Shown here: positions 40,117 through 50,588 of the stretch, piece by piece | Numbering within the stretch: position 1 is the stretch's first letter | How the letters are laid out: every line of letters begins with the position of its first letter | Source: a virus | Virus record (IMG/VR): IMGVR_UViG_3300031251_000004 | Location: 1 to 64,000 of that record | Reading direction: 5' to 3' (one strand) | Length of the DNA: 64,000 nucleotides | Notes under the pieces: model-generated | Database searches by the model: none | What the model was told of the DNA's origin: nothing | Seen by the model: only the letters and a program-made list of their open reading frames with translations | Made by a program: the position numbers and the translations under genes

Positions 40117-42234
40117 ATGGCTCAAAGTAATATAATTTTATATGGTGATGTAATTGGTAATAGCGGTAGCAATACTGTTTATTCTATTACTGGTATTTCG
40201 CCAACCTCTACAGTTCCTGTTAGCGCCGCTACTTTGCAATGGTTAAATACAACAGCCTCTCCAATTTTAGGTCAATTTACTAACGCTTATACGGCAGGAC
40301 AAAATCTTACCGTTCAAGCACAAGGAAGCAGTTTTACGGCTGCCAATGGCGGTAATTTAGTTTTAGCTTCTGGTACTACTTCTTCTGGGACCGTTGGTAA
40401 TATTCAATTACAACTCGGCAATACTACTGGTCTTACACTATTAGCTACTGGAACTTTGCAATTTGGAGCAGCTGTTACAGCTGGTATTACTCAATCCTCT
40501 GCTGCTGGCACTGGAACCAATCTAAACATTACTGCCCAATCAGCTGGCGGAACTGCCAATAACGGTGGAACTTTACTTCTCACTTCTGGGGCGTCTACTA
40601 CAACTGGAACCTCTGGAAACGTTACTTTCAATACCAGCGCGCCCGGTTATGGTGGAACTATTAGTAATATTCTTTTCCAAATTAGCGGTGTCACTCAAGC
40701 TTTCGTTACTGGACTGACTACTAATTCTGGTTTGGGCATCGGATCTACTCCTGGCACTTCTCCTACTATTACTTCTGGTTCTGGTACTCCATCTACCACT
40801 CAAACAAGCGGGTCTATTTATCTAAATACTAGCGGAGGTTTATATACTCGACAGAGCAGCATTTGGTCTCAGTTTGGAGCATCTAATATTAGTCAATTAA
40901 CAGCCCCTATTTCACAATTAGTTAATACTAATACTTCTCACGCCATTTATACAGTTGATTCGATTGGTAGTTATGATGGTGTCATTTTACATAACTATAC
41001 GGCAAGTACTACTGGATATACATACGTTATGCCTGCACCTACAGCGGGACGTCAAATTGTTATTCGAGATATAACTGGAAGTATTGAAACCGCTAATACT
41101 GGCGGTTACATAACAGGAACTGGTACCGGAAGTAAAGTAATTTTTATCGCCCCTCACGGAACAGAATCTTTTAACGGAAACTCTGGTTTTACTTTATCTG
41201 GTGGCTCTACTTTTAATGTCACAAATGGATCTGCCACTGTTACCGCTACCGGATCTTCATTTACTACTCAATTAGCTCCAGGTATGAGTATTACTTTTAG
41301 TGCTCAGTCTAGTACATCCTATATAATTTCTGCGATTGGTTCCAATACTTCTTTGACACTTGCTACTAATTATACTGGTACTACTAGTACCACATCTGCT
41401 GCTACTATGAACAGCTTAGCTTACTATGCTAATTACGGTACAATCACACTATACAGCGATGGTACTAACTGGTTAGCTTCTAGTAATAAACCACTTCGTG
41501 CTTATTTAACTGGAAGTAGCGGAGCTTTCTTTATCTCTCCAGGCATTACTAACACCTTTATCACTGCTGCTGGCGGTGGCGGTGGTGGAGGCGGTGGAAC
41601 TACTACCTGTGGCGGTGGTGGTGGCGGAGGATCCATTCAATCTACCACTAATATTACTGTAGCCGCTAATACTTCTTATACCGTGGCCATTGGTGCTGGT
41701 GGAGCAGCTGGAGCTACAGGAGCCGCTGGCGGAGCCGGTGGAACTACTTCTTTTGGTACCTTAGCTTATTTTTATGGTGCTTCTGGTGGAGGATTCAATT
41801 CTACCGCTACCACTTACGCTTGTGGCGGGTATCCATTTACTAACAATGGTTCTACTAACGTCTACTCTTCCGTAGCATATGCAGGAACTGGAACAAACTC
41901 AATTAATGCCAGTACCGGTATCACTTCTAGCAATTTACTTGGACAATTATCAATGGGCGGATCTGGGGCTTACACTGGCGTTACTTCTTTTGCTGGTTTG
42001 GCAAATGCTGTCGGTAATGGTTCTTATACTGGTGGAGCAGCTGGTGGTACTTTTGGTGGCGGTGGCGGTGGAGCCGGACCTCAAGGTGCTGGTGCAGCAG
42101 GCGGAGCCTCTGGAGCTGGCGGTTCTTCTGCTAATGCTAATACGGGAGCGGGTGGCGGTGGTGGTGGCGGTAATGCCAGCACTACTGGTGGAACAGGTGG
42201 AAGCGGATATCTATATCTATTAATGTATATGTAA
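40117..42234 (+). CDS. Glycine-rich tail fibre-like protein, paralog 2 of 4
   Basis: Same architecture as 37967..40105. Confidence 0.8.
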   Translation: MAQSNIILYGDVIGNSGSNTVYSITGISPTSTVPVSAATLQWLNTTASPILGQFTNAYTAGQNLTVQAQGSSFTAANGGNLVLASGTTSSGTVGNIQLQLGNTTGLTLLATGTLQFGAAVTAGITQSSAAGTGTNLNITAQSAGGTANNGGTLLLTSGASTTTGTSGNVTFNTSAPGYGGTISNILFQISGVTQAFVTGLTTNSGLGIGSTPGTSPTITSGSGTPSTTQTSGSIYLNTSGGLYTRQSSIWSQFGASNISQLTAPISQLVNTNTSHAIYTVDSIGSYDGVILHNYTASTTGYTYVMPAPTAGRQIVIRDITGSIETANTGGYITGTGTGSKVIFIAPHGTESFNGNSGFTLSGGSTFNVTNGSATVTATGSSFTTQLAPGMSITFSAQSSTSYIISAIGSNTSLTLATNYTGTTSTTSAATMNSLAYYANYGTITLYSDGTNWLASSNKPLRAYLTGSSGAFFISPGITNTFITAAGGGGGGGGGTTTCGGGGGGGSIQSTTNITVAANTSYTVAIGAGGAAGATGAAGGAGGTTSFGTLAYFYGASGGGFNSTATTYACGGYPFTNNGSTNVYSSVAYAGTGTNSINASTGITSSNLLGQLSMGGSGAYTGVTSFAGLANAVGNGSYTGGAAGGTFGGGGGGAGPQGAGAAGGASGAGGSSANANTGAGGGGGGGNASTTGGTGGSGYLYLLMYM

Positions 42235-42248
42235 TGAGGAATGAGTAA

Positions 42249-44339
42249 ATGAATATAAATGGCATAATGGTAGCTGGTGATCTTGCAGGAAGTAGCGACT
42301 CTAATCTCGTTATTTCTATTAGCGGAACATCTCCAATCAACATAACTCCTAATGCATTACAGTGGGCAATTAGTACTACTATCCCTATTTTAGGTCAAAT
42401 TGCTTCAGCCACGGCTGCTGGACAAGCTCTAACAATTCAAGCACAAGGTAGTACTGGATCTGGTACCAATGGTGGTAACTTAGTATTAGCTTCTGGAGCC
42501 TCTGCATCTGGAACTGCAGGAAGCGTCCAATTACAATCTGGTATTATCACTAATTTATCTTTAACTTCTACCGGTTCTTTGCAATTTGGTTCTACTATTA
42601 CTTCACCTACCCTTACTCAAGCAACTGCTTCGGCTGCTGGCGGCAATTTAAGCATTACTGCTCAATCAGCTGGTGGAACTACTAATAATGGAGGCTCTTT
42701 AGTTTTGACTTCTGGGTCTTCCTCTACCACCGGTATTTCTGGAAACGTCACTATCAATACAGCTACACCAGGTGGTGGTGGAACAGCAGGTAATATCCTC
42801 TTTCAGGTTAGCGGCACGACTCAAGCTTTCGTTACCACTAACGCTAGCGGAGCTGGGTTTGGCATCGGATCTACTCCTGGCACTTCTCCTACTATTACCA
42901 GTGGAACCGGAACCCCATCGTCTACCGAACCTAATGGGTCTCTTTATCTAAATGTTGCCGGATCAAGTAGTTCGGTTATTTATACTCGTCAAAATGGAAC
43001 TTGGGCTTCTGTGTCTACCGCTGGTATACAAATTATTCCTTTAACCGAAACAATTACCACTAATTCTTCTCACAGTATTTATACTGTCGATAGTACAGGT
43101 GGAGGATCTGACGGTATTATTTTACACAATTATACTGCTAGCACTACTGGATACACATATATTATGCCTGCTCCAACTGCTGGACGCCAAATTATTATTC
43201 GTGACATAACTGGTGGCATTGAAACAGCCAATACGGGTGGATATATTACTGGTACTGGAACATCCAGTAAAGTTATCTTTATTGCCCCTCATGCTGTCGA
43301 ATCATTTAATGGCAGTTCTGGATATGCTTTAAGCGGATCTGCTTTTCACTTTACCAACAACTCTGCTACTGTCACAGCTACCAGTTCTTTATTTACCACA
43401 GAATTGGCTCCCGGAATGAGCATTGTACCAGTAGGGGGTACTGCAACTACTACCGCCTCATACATAATTTCTTCCATTTCTAATGCAACTACTCTAACTC
43501 TCACTACCAATTACACTGGGAATACTAGTACCGCAGGCACCGCTACTATGAATAGCTTAGCTTACTATGCTAACTACGGTACACTAACACTCATTAGTAA
43601 TGGGACTAACTGGTTTGCTTCTAGCAATAAACCATTACGCGCTTATATAACTGGTAGTACCGGAACTTTCATTCCTTCTCCTGGAAGCACGAGCGCTACA
43701 CTTATTGGTTGCGGTGGTGGTGGTGGTGGTGCTAATAACGGAGGCGTATCCTCCTCTACTGGTGGTGGTGGTGGTGGAGCTCTACAATCCGTTATAAATA
43801 CTAGTATTACTCCAAATACCGCCTATTCAATTACTATTGGAGCGGGTGGCGGAAACGCCGGTGGAACCGGAGGTATTACATTCTTTGGTAGCTCAGCGAC
43901 TTTTAATGGAGGTTCTGGTGGTGGAGGGGGCGCGGGGGGCACCTGTGGTTCCGGTGGATATCCAGTTAGCAATGGATCAGCAACTAATATTTATAGTGAT
44001 GCTTTATCTGGTTTAGGTGTATCATCTATTGCTGCAGCCACAGCTATAACACCAACCAATATGCCAGGAATGATGGGCATGGGTGCGGGATCATTTTTAG
44101 CCGCTAATACACCCGGATTTAATAATATAATGGGTAATGGTTCTTATTCTGGTGGGACTACCAACAACGGTGGCGGTGGTGGTGCAGGACCACAAGGAAA
44201 TGGTGGTAATGGTGCTAGTGCCGGTACTGGCGGTTCAGCAGCCGCAAATAGTGGTGCTGGTGGCGGTGGAAACTATAGTACTCCCGGTTCTGCTGGTGCT
44301 GGTGGTTCAGGTTATCTTTATATTCTTATGCCAATGTAA
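42249..44339 (+). CDS. Glycine-rich tail fibre-like protein, paralog 3 of 4
   Basis: Same architecture as 37967..40105. Confidence 0.8.
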   Translation: MNINGIMVAGDLAGSSDSNLVISISGTSPINITPNALQWAISTTIPILGQIASATAAGQALTIQAQGSTGSGTNGGNLVLASGASASGTAGSVQLQSGIITNLSLTSTGSLQFGSTITSPTLTQATASAAGGNLSITAQSAGGTTNNGGSLVLTSGSSSTTGISGNVTINTATPGGGGTAGNILFQVSGTTQAFVTTNASGAGFGIGSTPGTSPTITSGTGTPSSTEPNGSLYLNVAGSSSSVIYTRQNGTWASVSTAGIQIIPLTETITTNSSHSIYTVDSTGGGSDGIILHNYTASTTGYTYIMPAPTAGRQIIIRDITGGIETANTGGYITGTGTSSKVIFIAPHAVESFNGSSGYALSGSAFHFTNNSATVTATSSLFTTELAPGMSIVPVGGTATTTASYIISSISNATTLTLTTNYTGNTSTAGTATMNSLAYYANYGTLTLISNGTNWFASSNKPLRAYITGSTGTFIPSPGSTSATLIGCGGGGGGANNGGVSSSTGGGGGGALQSVINTSITPNTAYSITIGAGGGNAGGTGGITFFGSSATFNGGSGGGGGAGGTCGSGGYPVSNGSATNIYSDALSGLGVSSIAAATAITPTNMPGMMGMGAGSFLAANTPGFNNIMGNGSYSGGTTNNGGGGGAGPQGNGGNGASAGTGGSAAANSGAGGGGNYSTPGSAGAGGSGYLYILMPM

Positions 44340-44352
44340 TTAAGGTTCAATA

Positions 44353-46248
44353 ATGTCTCTAACGATCAATCTAAATGGCGATGTAGTAGGAACTAATAAT
44401 GGCAATATAATCATCTCCATTAATAGTTCTTTTGCCCTACCTATTTCATCCCCTACTTTTCAGTGGAATAGTGGCGTTTCATCTCCCACCCTTATTCAAA
44501 CAGCCAATACAAATGTCAGCGCTGTTGGGCAAAACTTTACCATACAAGCACAAAGTACCACTGGTTCGGGATCTACGGCTGGCAATCTCAATTTAGCCGC
44601 TGGCACCGCCCCCACCGCTTCTGGTACCGGTAACGTTAATATTCAAGGTGGTGCTCCTACTTCTTTAGTTAACATCATTACCTTCAATGCTACTGACTTC
44701 GATGCGGACGGCTTGGTGGAAACGATAGGAATAGGCTCTTCTTTGGTCTCTCCTCGTATTTACCAAATTACTAGCTCAGGTGCTGGTACAAATCTTACTA
44801 TCCAAGCACAGAACGCAGCCGGTAGCAATAACAATGGTGGAAGTCTTGTTCTAAAAGGCGGCACTGCTACTGGCACTGGTACCACTGGCGGTATCGTCCC
44901 CACCGTCCAAGTTAGAACTAATACAACTAATACTATTTATACTATTGATAGCACGGGTGGTGGGAGCGATTATCATATTCTACACAATAATACTGGCACC
45001 GTTTCTTATGTCATGCCAGCTCCGACTGCCGGACGAGAATTATTCCTTCGAGATATTACTGGTTCCATTAACACATATGGCTCTATTCCCTCTAATGTTT
45101 TCTTAGTTCCTCATGCTGTTGAAAAGTTTAACACTTCTTCGGGTTATGTTATGTCTGGCACTTTCAATATCACCAATGGTAGCACTTCAGTTACAGCTAG
45201 CTCCACCAAGGCAGGTATTTTGGCAGCCGGAATGAGTGTTGTTTTTGGCACCGATACTAAGAGCTATATCATCTCTTCTTTCAACGGTACTACTGGAATT
45301 ACTTTAGCTTCATCTTATGCTGGTACTACTAATGCAACTGCTACTGGAACTATTAACAGCTTAACCTTTGCTGCCAATTATGGAGTTTTGCGTTTAGTGA
45401 GTGATGGGGCTAACTGGTATGTCCGAGGAGATGGGACGCTAACATATGTCTCATTCACGGCTAGTGGTACTTTTATCACACCTCAAGGAGTTACTTTTCT
45501 TAATGTGAGTGCATTTGGAGGTGGTGGGGGTGGAGGATCTGGTGGTGCGACTTCTACAGCCGCCAATGCTGGTGGCGGAGGTGGAGGTGGCGGGACTATT
45601 CAGTCGTCAACAGTTTTTTCTGTTATCCCCAGTACATCAAATTCTATTACTATTGGTGCTGGTGGAACTGGCGGAGCTGCCGTCACTCCTAATCAACCAG
45701 GTAATCCTGGTACTGCGGGTGGTGATACCATAATTCAGAACATAAGTTACATAAATACTTTTCTTGGTGCCTCCGGCGGGGGCGGCGGAGCGGCTTCGCC
45801 CTCTACAACGTGTTCTGGCGGATTATGTATCAGAAATGCTTCTTCTTCGGGAAATTTTTACAATACATTATCAAGTACATCAAACACCATTGCTACAGGT
45901 ACTACAAATTTTGAAGGTACAACTGGCTTTCTTTCCGTTGGTGGAGGCGGTATTGCTACAAATGGCGAAGCAGGGAGCCCTGGATGTTCTAACATCACAT
46001 TTGCACCTACTGGAACCAGTACTGGCGGAGCGGTGGGTTCTAGCGGATGCGGTGGTGGAGCAGGCGGTGGATCTGGCCCTAATGGTCCAGGTGGCAACGG
46101 TGGAACTGGTGGAACCTCTCCTGTCGCTGGTACCAGCGCGCTAGCTAATACTGGAGGAGGCGGTGGCGGTGGCGGAGGAAATAGTACTACATCTGCTATC
46201 GGCGGAAATGGTGGATCTGGATTTCTCTATTTTACTTATTCCCTATAA
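44353..46248 (+). CDS. Glycine-rich tail fibre-like protein, paralog 4 of 4 (most diverged)
   Basis: MPAPTAGRELFLRDITG; GGSGFLYF end. Confidence 0.8.
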   Translation: MSLTINLNGDVVGTNNGNIIISINSSFALPISSPTFQWNSGVSSPTLIQTANTNVSAVGQNFTIQAQSTTGSGSTAGNLNLAAGTAPTASGTGNVNIQGGAPTSLVNIITFNATDFDADGLVETIGIGSSLVSPRIYQITSSGAGTNLTIQAQNAAGSNNNGGSLVLKGGTATGTGTTGGIVPTVQVRTNTTNTIYTIDSTGGGSDYHILHNNTGTVSYVMPAPTAGRELFLRDITGSINTYGSIPSNVFLVPHAVEKFNTSSGYVMSGTFNITNGSTSVTASSTKAGILAAGMSVVFGTDTKSYIISSFNGTTGITLASSYAGTTNATATGTINSLTFAANYGVLRLVSDGANWYVRGDGTLTYVSFTASGTFITPQGVTFLNVSAFGGGGGGGSGGATSTAANAGGGGGGGGTIQSSTVFSVIPSTSNSITIGAGGTGGAAVTPNQPGNPGTAGGDTIIQNISYINTFLGASGGGGGAASPSTTCSGGLCIRNASSSGNFYNTLSSTSNTIATGTTNFEGTTGFLSVGGGGIATNGEAGSPGCSNITFAPTGTSTGGAVGSSGCGGGAGGGSGPNGPGGNGGTGGTSPVAGTSALANTGGGGGGGGGNSTTSAIGGNGGSGFLYFTYSL

Positions 46249-46251
46249 ACC

Positions 46252-48657
46252 TTACACACTAATCCACATACCACCATCCCATACAACTGTAATTCCCTCA
46301 TAATTCACAGCTATTATATACGTGGCAGCCCCATCAATCATATTGCCATTACCATCAACTGTTATATTGTATGTTGCTGCACTTCCACGCCCATCTTTAA
46401 TATCAAATGTCTGACCAATCGTTGGAATCAATGGTAATGTCACAGTTATCATACCAGTCAATACACCAGCAGATATAACAGAATCCGTTGCAACCACGCC
46501 ATAACTATTAGTAATAACTGTTACGTTTTGTACAACACCCGAGTTCCCAATTTTCTTTGCTTCCCACGCACTATCTGCATTAACCCACGTCAATACATAA
46601 CCATCTTCGCCAGCACCTAATACTTCTGGCAAAATAGGATTACCAGATAGTTTGGAAACAGTATTAGCACCAGTTGTTCCGGTAACATCACCGAGCATTG
46701 TTTGCTGTACTTGATTTGCTGTTGGCAACATTCCGGTAACATGACTGCTTCCACCAGCAAGATTTACTGCAGCATATCCCAATGATGCTACTCCAGTAAC
46801 AGTCAGCACACTTCCAGGAACAAGACTACCAGATATAGGAACAGTTGCTCCATTAATCTTTGCCACGGTTGGATTAGGATATGTATTCGACAAATCACCA
46901 CCAGCAGCACCAGTTGGTACTGCCATTACATTCATCGGTCCCCATGTCATTCCATCCCAACCCAAAAACTGATTTACTACAGGACCGGCATCATTTACAG
47001 GATTCCCTTGCAATCCGGTTACAATGGGATCTGGATATGTATTACCTAAATCTCCGGCAGCCAATCCAGTTGGTGGCAATGACGTTGGAATAGTAATTGT
47101 TGTTGGCTCCCATAGAGTATCTGTTGCACTCCACACAAGAGATTGACCATCTGTTGGTGCAATTGACTTTACAGGATATCCCTGTATACCTATTACAGTT
47201 TGGGTTGTAGTAGTACCAGATAGATCACCACCGGCAGTAAATGCTGGCGTTACACTTAACCCAGACCATTCATATCCATCATATACAAAATACTGACCAA
47301 CCGTAGGTAATGTGTTTGATACTGGAACTCCTTGTATTTGAATTACGGTTGGATCTGGGTAATAACCATCTAGATCACCTCTTGCTGGTCCGGTTGGCGT
47401 GCTGGTAAATGATATTGTTGCTGGTTGCCAGGCAATACCAGAATACTCTAATATCTGACCCGTCGTTGGAACTATTGGCGCTACCGGAATACCACGTAAT
47501 GCTGATACAGTTGATGTATTAGTAAATCCTGTAACATCACCAGACATTGCTTGATCTGCTTGATTAGCCGTTGGTAATATGCCAGTAACGGACAATGTAA
47601 GATCAACTAATCCGTATCGTAATGCACTACCACCACTAACTTGTAAAACATTACCAACTACAAGACTACCACTAACAGGAACTGCTGCTCCATTTATTTT
47701 AACTACCTGTGAGGTTGTAGCAGTTCCAATAACATCACCAAGTAGTGTTTGTGGTGCTTGATTACTTGCTGGTAATAGACCTTCAACATAATTACTACCA
47801 CCAGCGAGATTTATTGGAGCATAGTTTAGAAACGAACTACCAAATACCTGTAATACATATCCGTCAGTTAGACTGCCAGCAGCTGGAACGAATGCTCCAT
47901 TTATTCTTCCAACAGTTGGATTAGGATATGTACCAGAAAGATCCCCACCAGCAGAACCAGTTGGCGTTGAACTTGGAGAGCTTGGCGTCCACTCACCACC
48001 TATAAATGTTAGTACTTGATTTGCTGTTGGCGTTGTTGAACTGACTGGTACTGTATATATACCAATAACTATTTGATTTGTAGCTGTACCAGAAAGATCT
48101 CCGCCTGGAATAAAACTATTACCTATTAATGGAACATAAGCATATCCATCTTGTGATACTAAAAACTGATTTGAGTAGCCATCAAAGTATATGATACCTT
48201 GACCAGGATTAGACACATTTCCTAACGGTGCATCGATGGCATCAACGATTATCTTCCCATCAATTTCTAATAGCCCTGTAGTTTCTGATGCACTGTCTAT
48301 TGGACCAGATACGATACCGCCAGTTGTGGATATATTTTGCGCTAGAAAATTATTAGATCCGTTTGGAGTTGGTCCCCAGGAAGTTCCATTCCAGATTATT
48401 GTTTGTCCGGGTTCTGGAATACCAGAAGATATAATATTACCAGCGCCATTGGTATTGAATAGCACGCCCTCTAATGCATCTAGTCTAGCCCGTACCGTAG
48501 AATAAATACCCTGAGGTTTTACTCCAAGGGTGGCTTCTATAGCTAAAATTGCATCGCGCAAAATATTAACCGAACCTGCTTTTACAGGAGTAATATTATC
48601 CAATATCGTAGGTAGAGTAATGCTACTGTCTATTTGCGCGGGGAATTTAGTTGCCAT
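46252..48657 (-). CDS. Virion fibre protein with GDL.G.YP.P repeats (paralog of 30630..31895)
   Basis: Shared N- and C-terminal domains; 6 DGY. Confidence 0.8.
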   Translation of the reverse strand: MATKFPAQIDSSITLPTILDNITPVKAGSVNILRDAILAIEATLGVKPQGIYSTVRARLDALEGVLFNTNGAGNIISSGIPEPGQTIIWNGTSWGPTPNGSNNFLAQNISTTGGIVSGPIDSASETTGLLEIDGKIIVDAIDAPLGNVSNPGQGIIYFDGYSNQFLVSQDGYAYVPLIGNSFIPGGDLSGTATNQIVIGIYTVPVSSTTPTANQVLTFIGGEWTPSSPSSTPTGSAGGDLSGTYPNPTVGRINGAFVPAAGSLTDGYVLQVFGSSFLNYAPINLAGGSNYVEGLLPASNQAPQTLLGDVIGTATTSQVVKINGAAVPVSGSLVVGNVLQVSGGSALRYGLVDLTLSVTGILPTANQADQAMSGDVTGFTNTSTVSALRGIPVAPIVPTTGQILEYSGIAWQPATISFTSTPTGPARGDLDGYYPDPTVIQIQGVPVSNTLPTVGQYFVYDGYEWSGLSVTPAFTAGGDLSGTTTTQTVIGIQGYPVKSIAPTDGQSLVWSATDTLWEPTTITIPTSLPPTGLAAGDLGNTYPDPIVTGLQGNPVNDAGPVVNQFLGWDGMTWGPMNVMAVPTGAAGGDLSNTYPNPTVAKINGATVPISGSLVPGSVLTVTGVASLGYAAVNLAGGSSHVTGMLPTANQVQQTMLGDVTGTTGANTVSKLSGNPILPEVLGAGEDGYVLTWVNADSAWEAKKIGNSGVVQNVTVITNSYGVVATDSVISAGVLTGMITVTLPLIPTIGQTFDIKDGRGSAATYNITVDGNGNMIDGAATYIIAVNYEGITVVWDGGMWISV

Positions 48658-48673
48658 AGGTATGCTTCAATAA

Positions 48674-48701
48674 TATGCAACAATATCGATATTATTGCAT
48701 T
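48674..48701. promoter_or_regulatory. Palindromic bidirectional candidate late promoter
   Basis: ATGCAACAATATCGATATTATTGCAT between divergent virion genes; TATCGAT-N6-GCAT on both strands. Confidence 0.55.
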
Positions 48702-48706
48702 TCAAT

Positions 48707-49645
48707 ATGGCAACTTCTTACATTATGCGCGCATTTAAAACTTCACTGCCGGATGGGTATGTATCTTGGGCGGTAATAAATGCTCCTGATTACACTGGTG
48801 AGTTCTCTGAATATAATCCAGCAGAACTTATCGATATCACATTAGATTATTCTATACCAACGCGTGTAAATGGAACTGCCGGTCCGGTAATTGGTTATGC
48901 CGGTGGCGATTTAGCTGGGACTTTTCCAAATCCAACTGTAATTGGATTACAAACTAACCCGATTTCACAATTACAACCAACAGCAGGACAAGTACTTGCC
49001 TGGGATCAAGTAAGCAAAACTTGGATGCCAAAAACATTGCCGGGCAATATGGCAACTCCATTACAAGTAAACTCCGCCGTTATTACAAATCATACAGGAA
49101 CATTAGCCGGTGTGTCATTTGCTCTAGCACCAAACGGATATGCGTTTCAGGTTCTTGGTGGAACTATGGTTTTAGCACCAATAAATGTTGGTGGAGGCGC
49201 GAATTATATTACAGGATATTTGCCAGTCGACAACGGCGGTAATACGATCAAATCGTATGAAATAACAGCAGTTGGAACCACAGTAAACACATCATTGACA
49301 ACATTCCAAACAGTAGGATCTTTTTCAGTTGATCCAACAAGATTTTCACCTGCAAGCACCGGTGGAACAAGAACAATAACTCTTCAAGCAATACTTTCTA
49401 CTACTGGCGTAACAATGGAGTTGCAACTATACAATCTTGGAACAGGAATGTTAGTTTCTCTTGGCGGCGGAGATGTTTTTCAATCAGCAGATTTAATACC
49501 AACGTTATATACATCACAGGATCTTACATCTCTTTTATCAAGTGAATTATCACAATACGAAGTTAGAATTAGACAGACAATTATTGGTACAGCTTTAGAT
49601 CAATCAATTTGCGAAATGTGTAAATTACAAGTAGATTGGACTTAG
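48707..49645 (+). CDS. Virion protein sharing its N-terminal module with 20587..25452
   Basis: YIMRAFKT..W.V.N.PD.TG..YNPA.L; GGDLAGTFPNP. Confidence 0.75.
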   Translation: MATSYIMRAFKTSLPDGYVSWAVINAPDYTGEFSEYNPAELIDITLDYSIPTRVNGTAGPVIGYAGGDLAGTFPNPTVIGLQTNPISQLQPTAGQVLAWDQVSKTWMPKTLPGNMATPLQVNSAVITNHTGTLAGVSFALAPNGYAFQVLGGTMVLAPINVGGGANYITGYLPVDNGGNTIKSYEITAVGTTVNTSLTTFQTVGSFSVDPTRFSPASTGGTRTITLQAILSTTGVTMELQLYNLGTGMLVSLGGGDVFQSADLIPTLYTSQDLTSLLSSELSQYEVRIRQTIIGTALDQSICEMCKLQVDWT

Positions 49646-49649
49646 TCTA

Positions 49650-50588
49650 ATGGTATTACAGTTTTTTCAGAATATAAATCCATCAAGCGTTACGGATGCT
49701 ATATTTAGATGGAAACAGATTATGGTTGCCCACGGTTGGACAATACCACAATCATCCGATGCAAGCACGTATAATACTGGCGATGTCATAACATCTTCCA
49801 ATTCAGGACCAGGTGGATTAGCTAATGAGCGTGCGTGGTTCGTAATAAAACAACCATCCAGTTCAAGATCGTTATGTCTCCAACGAGGATTTGGCGATAT
49901 TTATTGGAGAATAAAATACAGCGTTGGAGGATTTGGTTTTGGATCGCCATCAGCAATACATGTACCAGACGGTAATACAAATGACGAGAATATCATATTC
50001 GGAAGAGGAACAGATTCAGTACCAGTATATGGTTATTTTAGCGCAGGAATAAATACAATACAAATCGCAATAGATAGTGCTATGCCATTTGGATTCTACT
50101 TTCTAACTTATCCAAGCAGCGCTCCTTATCTTGGTAATGTGATTATGTTAGACCCACTAATAAATATACCAGTACAGGATCAAGATCCTTATATCATATA
50201 TATTGACAACACAACTTATTCCTTAAAGAATAAGGGAATAAACGGAACATTCAGCTCACATGCACGAGGATATTTTAGATATGGGACAGATGAACAATTA
50301 TTTACCAGGATACCTGCGGCTAACTATTATGGCGCAAATAAAACAGTAATACCGGCATCACTACCAGTAAATCCAATAAATGGTAATGATGATATGTTTC
50401 CGATTTTTTATATACTATCTGCATCTGCTGGTATACGAGGTGAACAATACAAAGGCATGTCATCATTTTTAAAATGGTGCGGAACAACCAGACCATGCGG
50501 AACGCTTGTTCAATTAGCATCACCTGGTGATAGGGTAATTTTTGGAGATGTTAATTTACCTTGGAATAATACAGTGGTGTCAACATGA
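49650..50588 (+). CDS. Putative virion protein, paralog 1 of 3
   Basis: AIF.WK..GW..SSD, RAWF, WRIKYS, YKG...WC, PGD, LPWNN. Confidence 0.7.
   Translation: MVLQFFQNINPSSVTDAIFRWKQIMVAHGWTIPQSSDASTYNTGDVITSSNSGPGGLANERAWFVIKQPSSSRSLCLQRGFGDIYWRIKYSVGGFGFGSPSAIHVPDGNTNDENIIFGRGTDSVPVYGYFSAGINTIQIAIDSAMPFGFYFLTYPSSAPYLGNVIMLDPLINIPVQDQDPYIIYIDNTTYSLKNKGINGTFSSHARGYFRYGTDEQLFTRIPAANYYGANKTVIPASLPVNPINGNDDMFPIFYILSASAGIRGEQYKGMSSFLKWCGTTRPCGTLVQLASPGDRVIFGDVNLPWNNTVVST

Noticed and set aside
37967-46248. Diversity-generating retroelement acting on the fibres
   Set aside because: No reverse transcriptase and no TR/VR pair with adenine-specific differences; the repeats are within coding paralogs.
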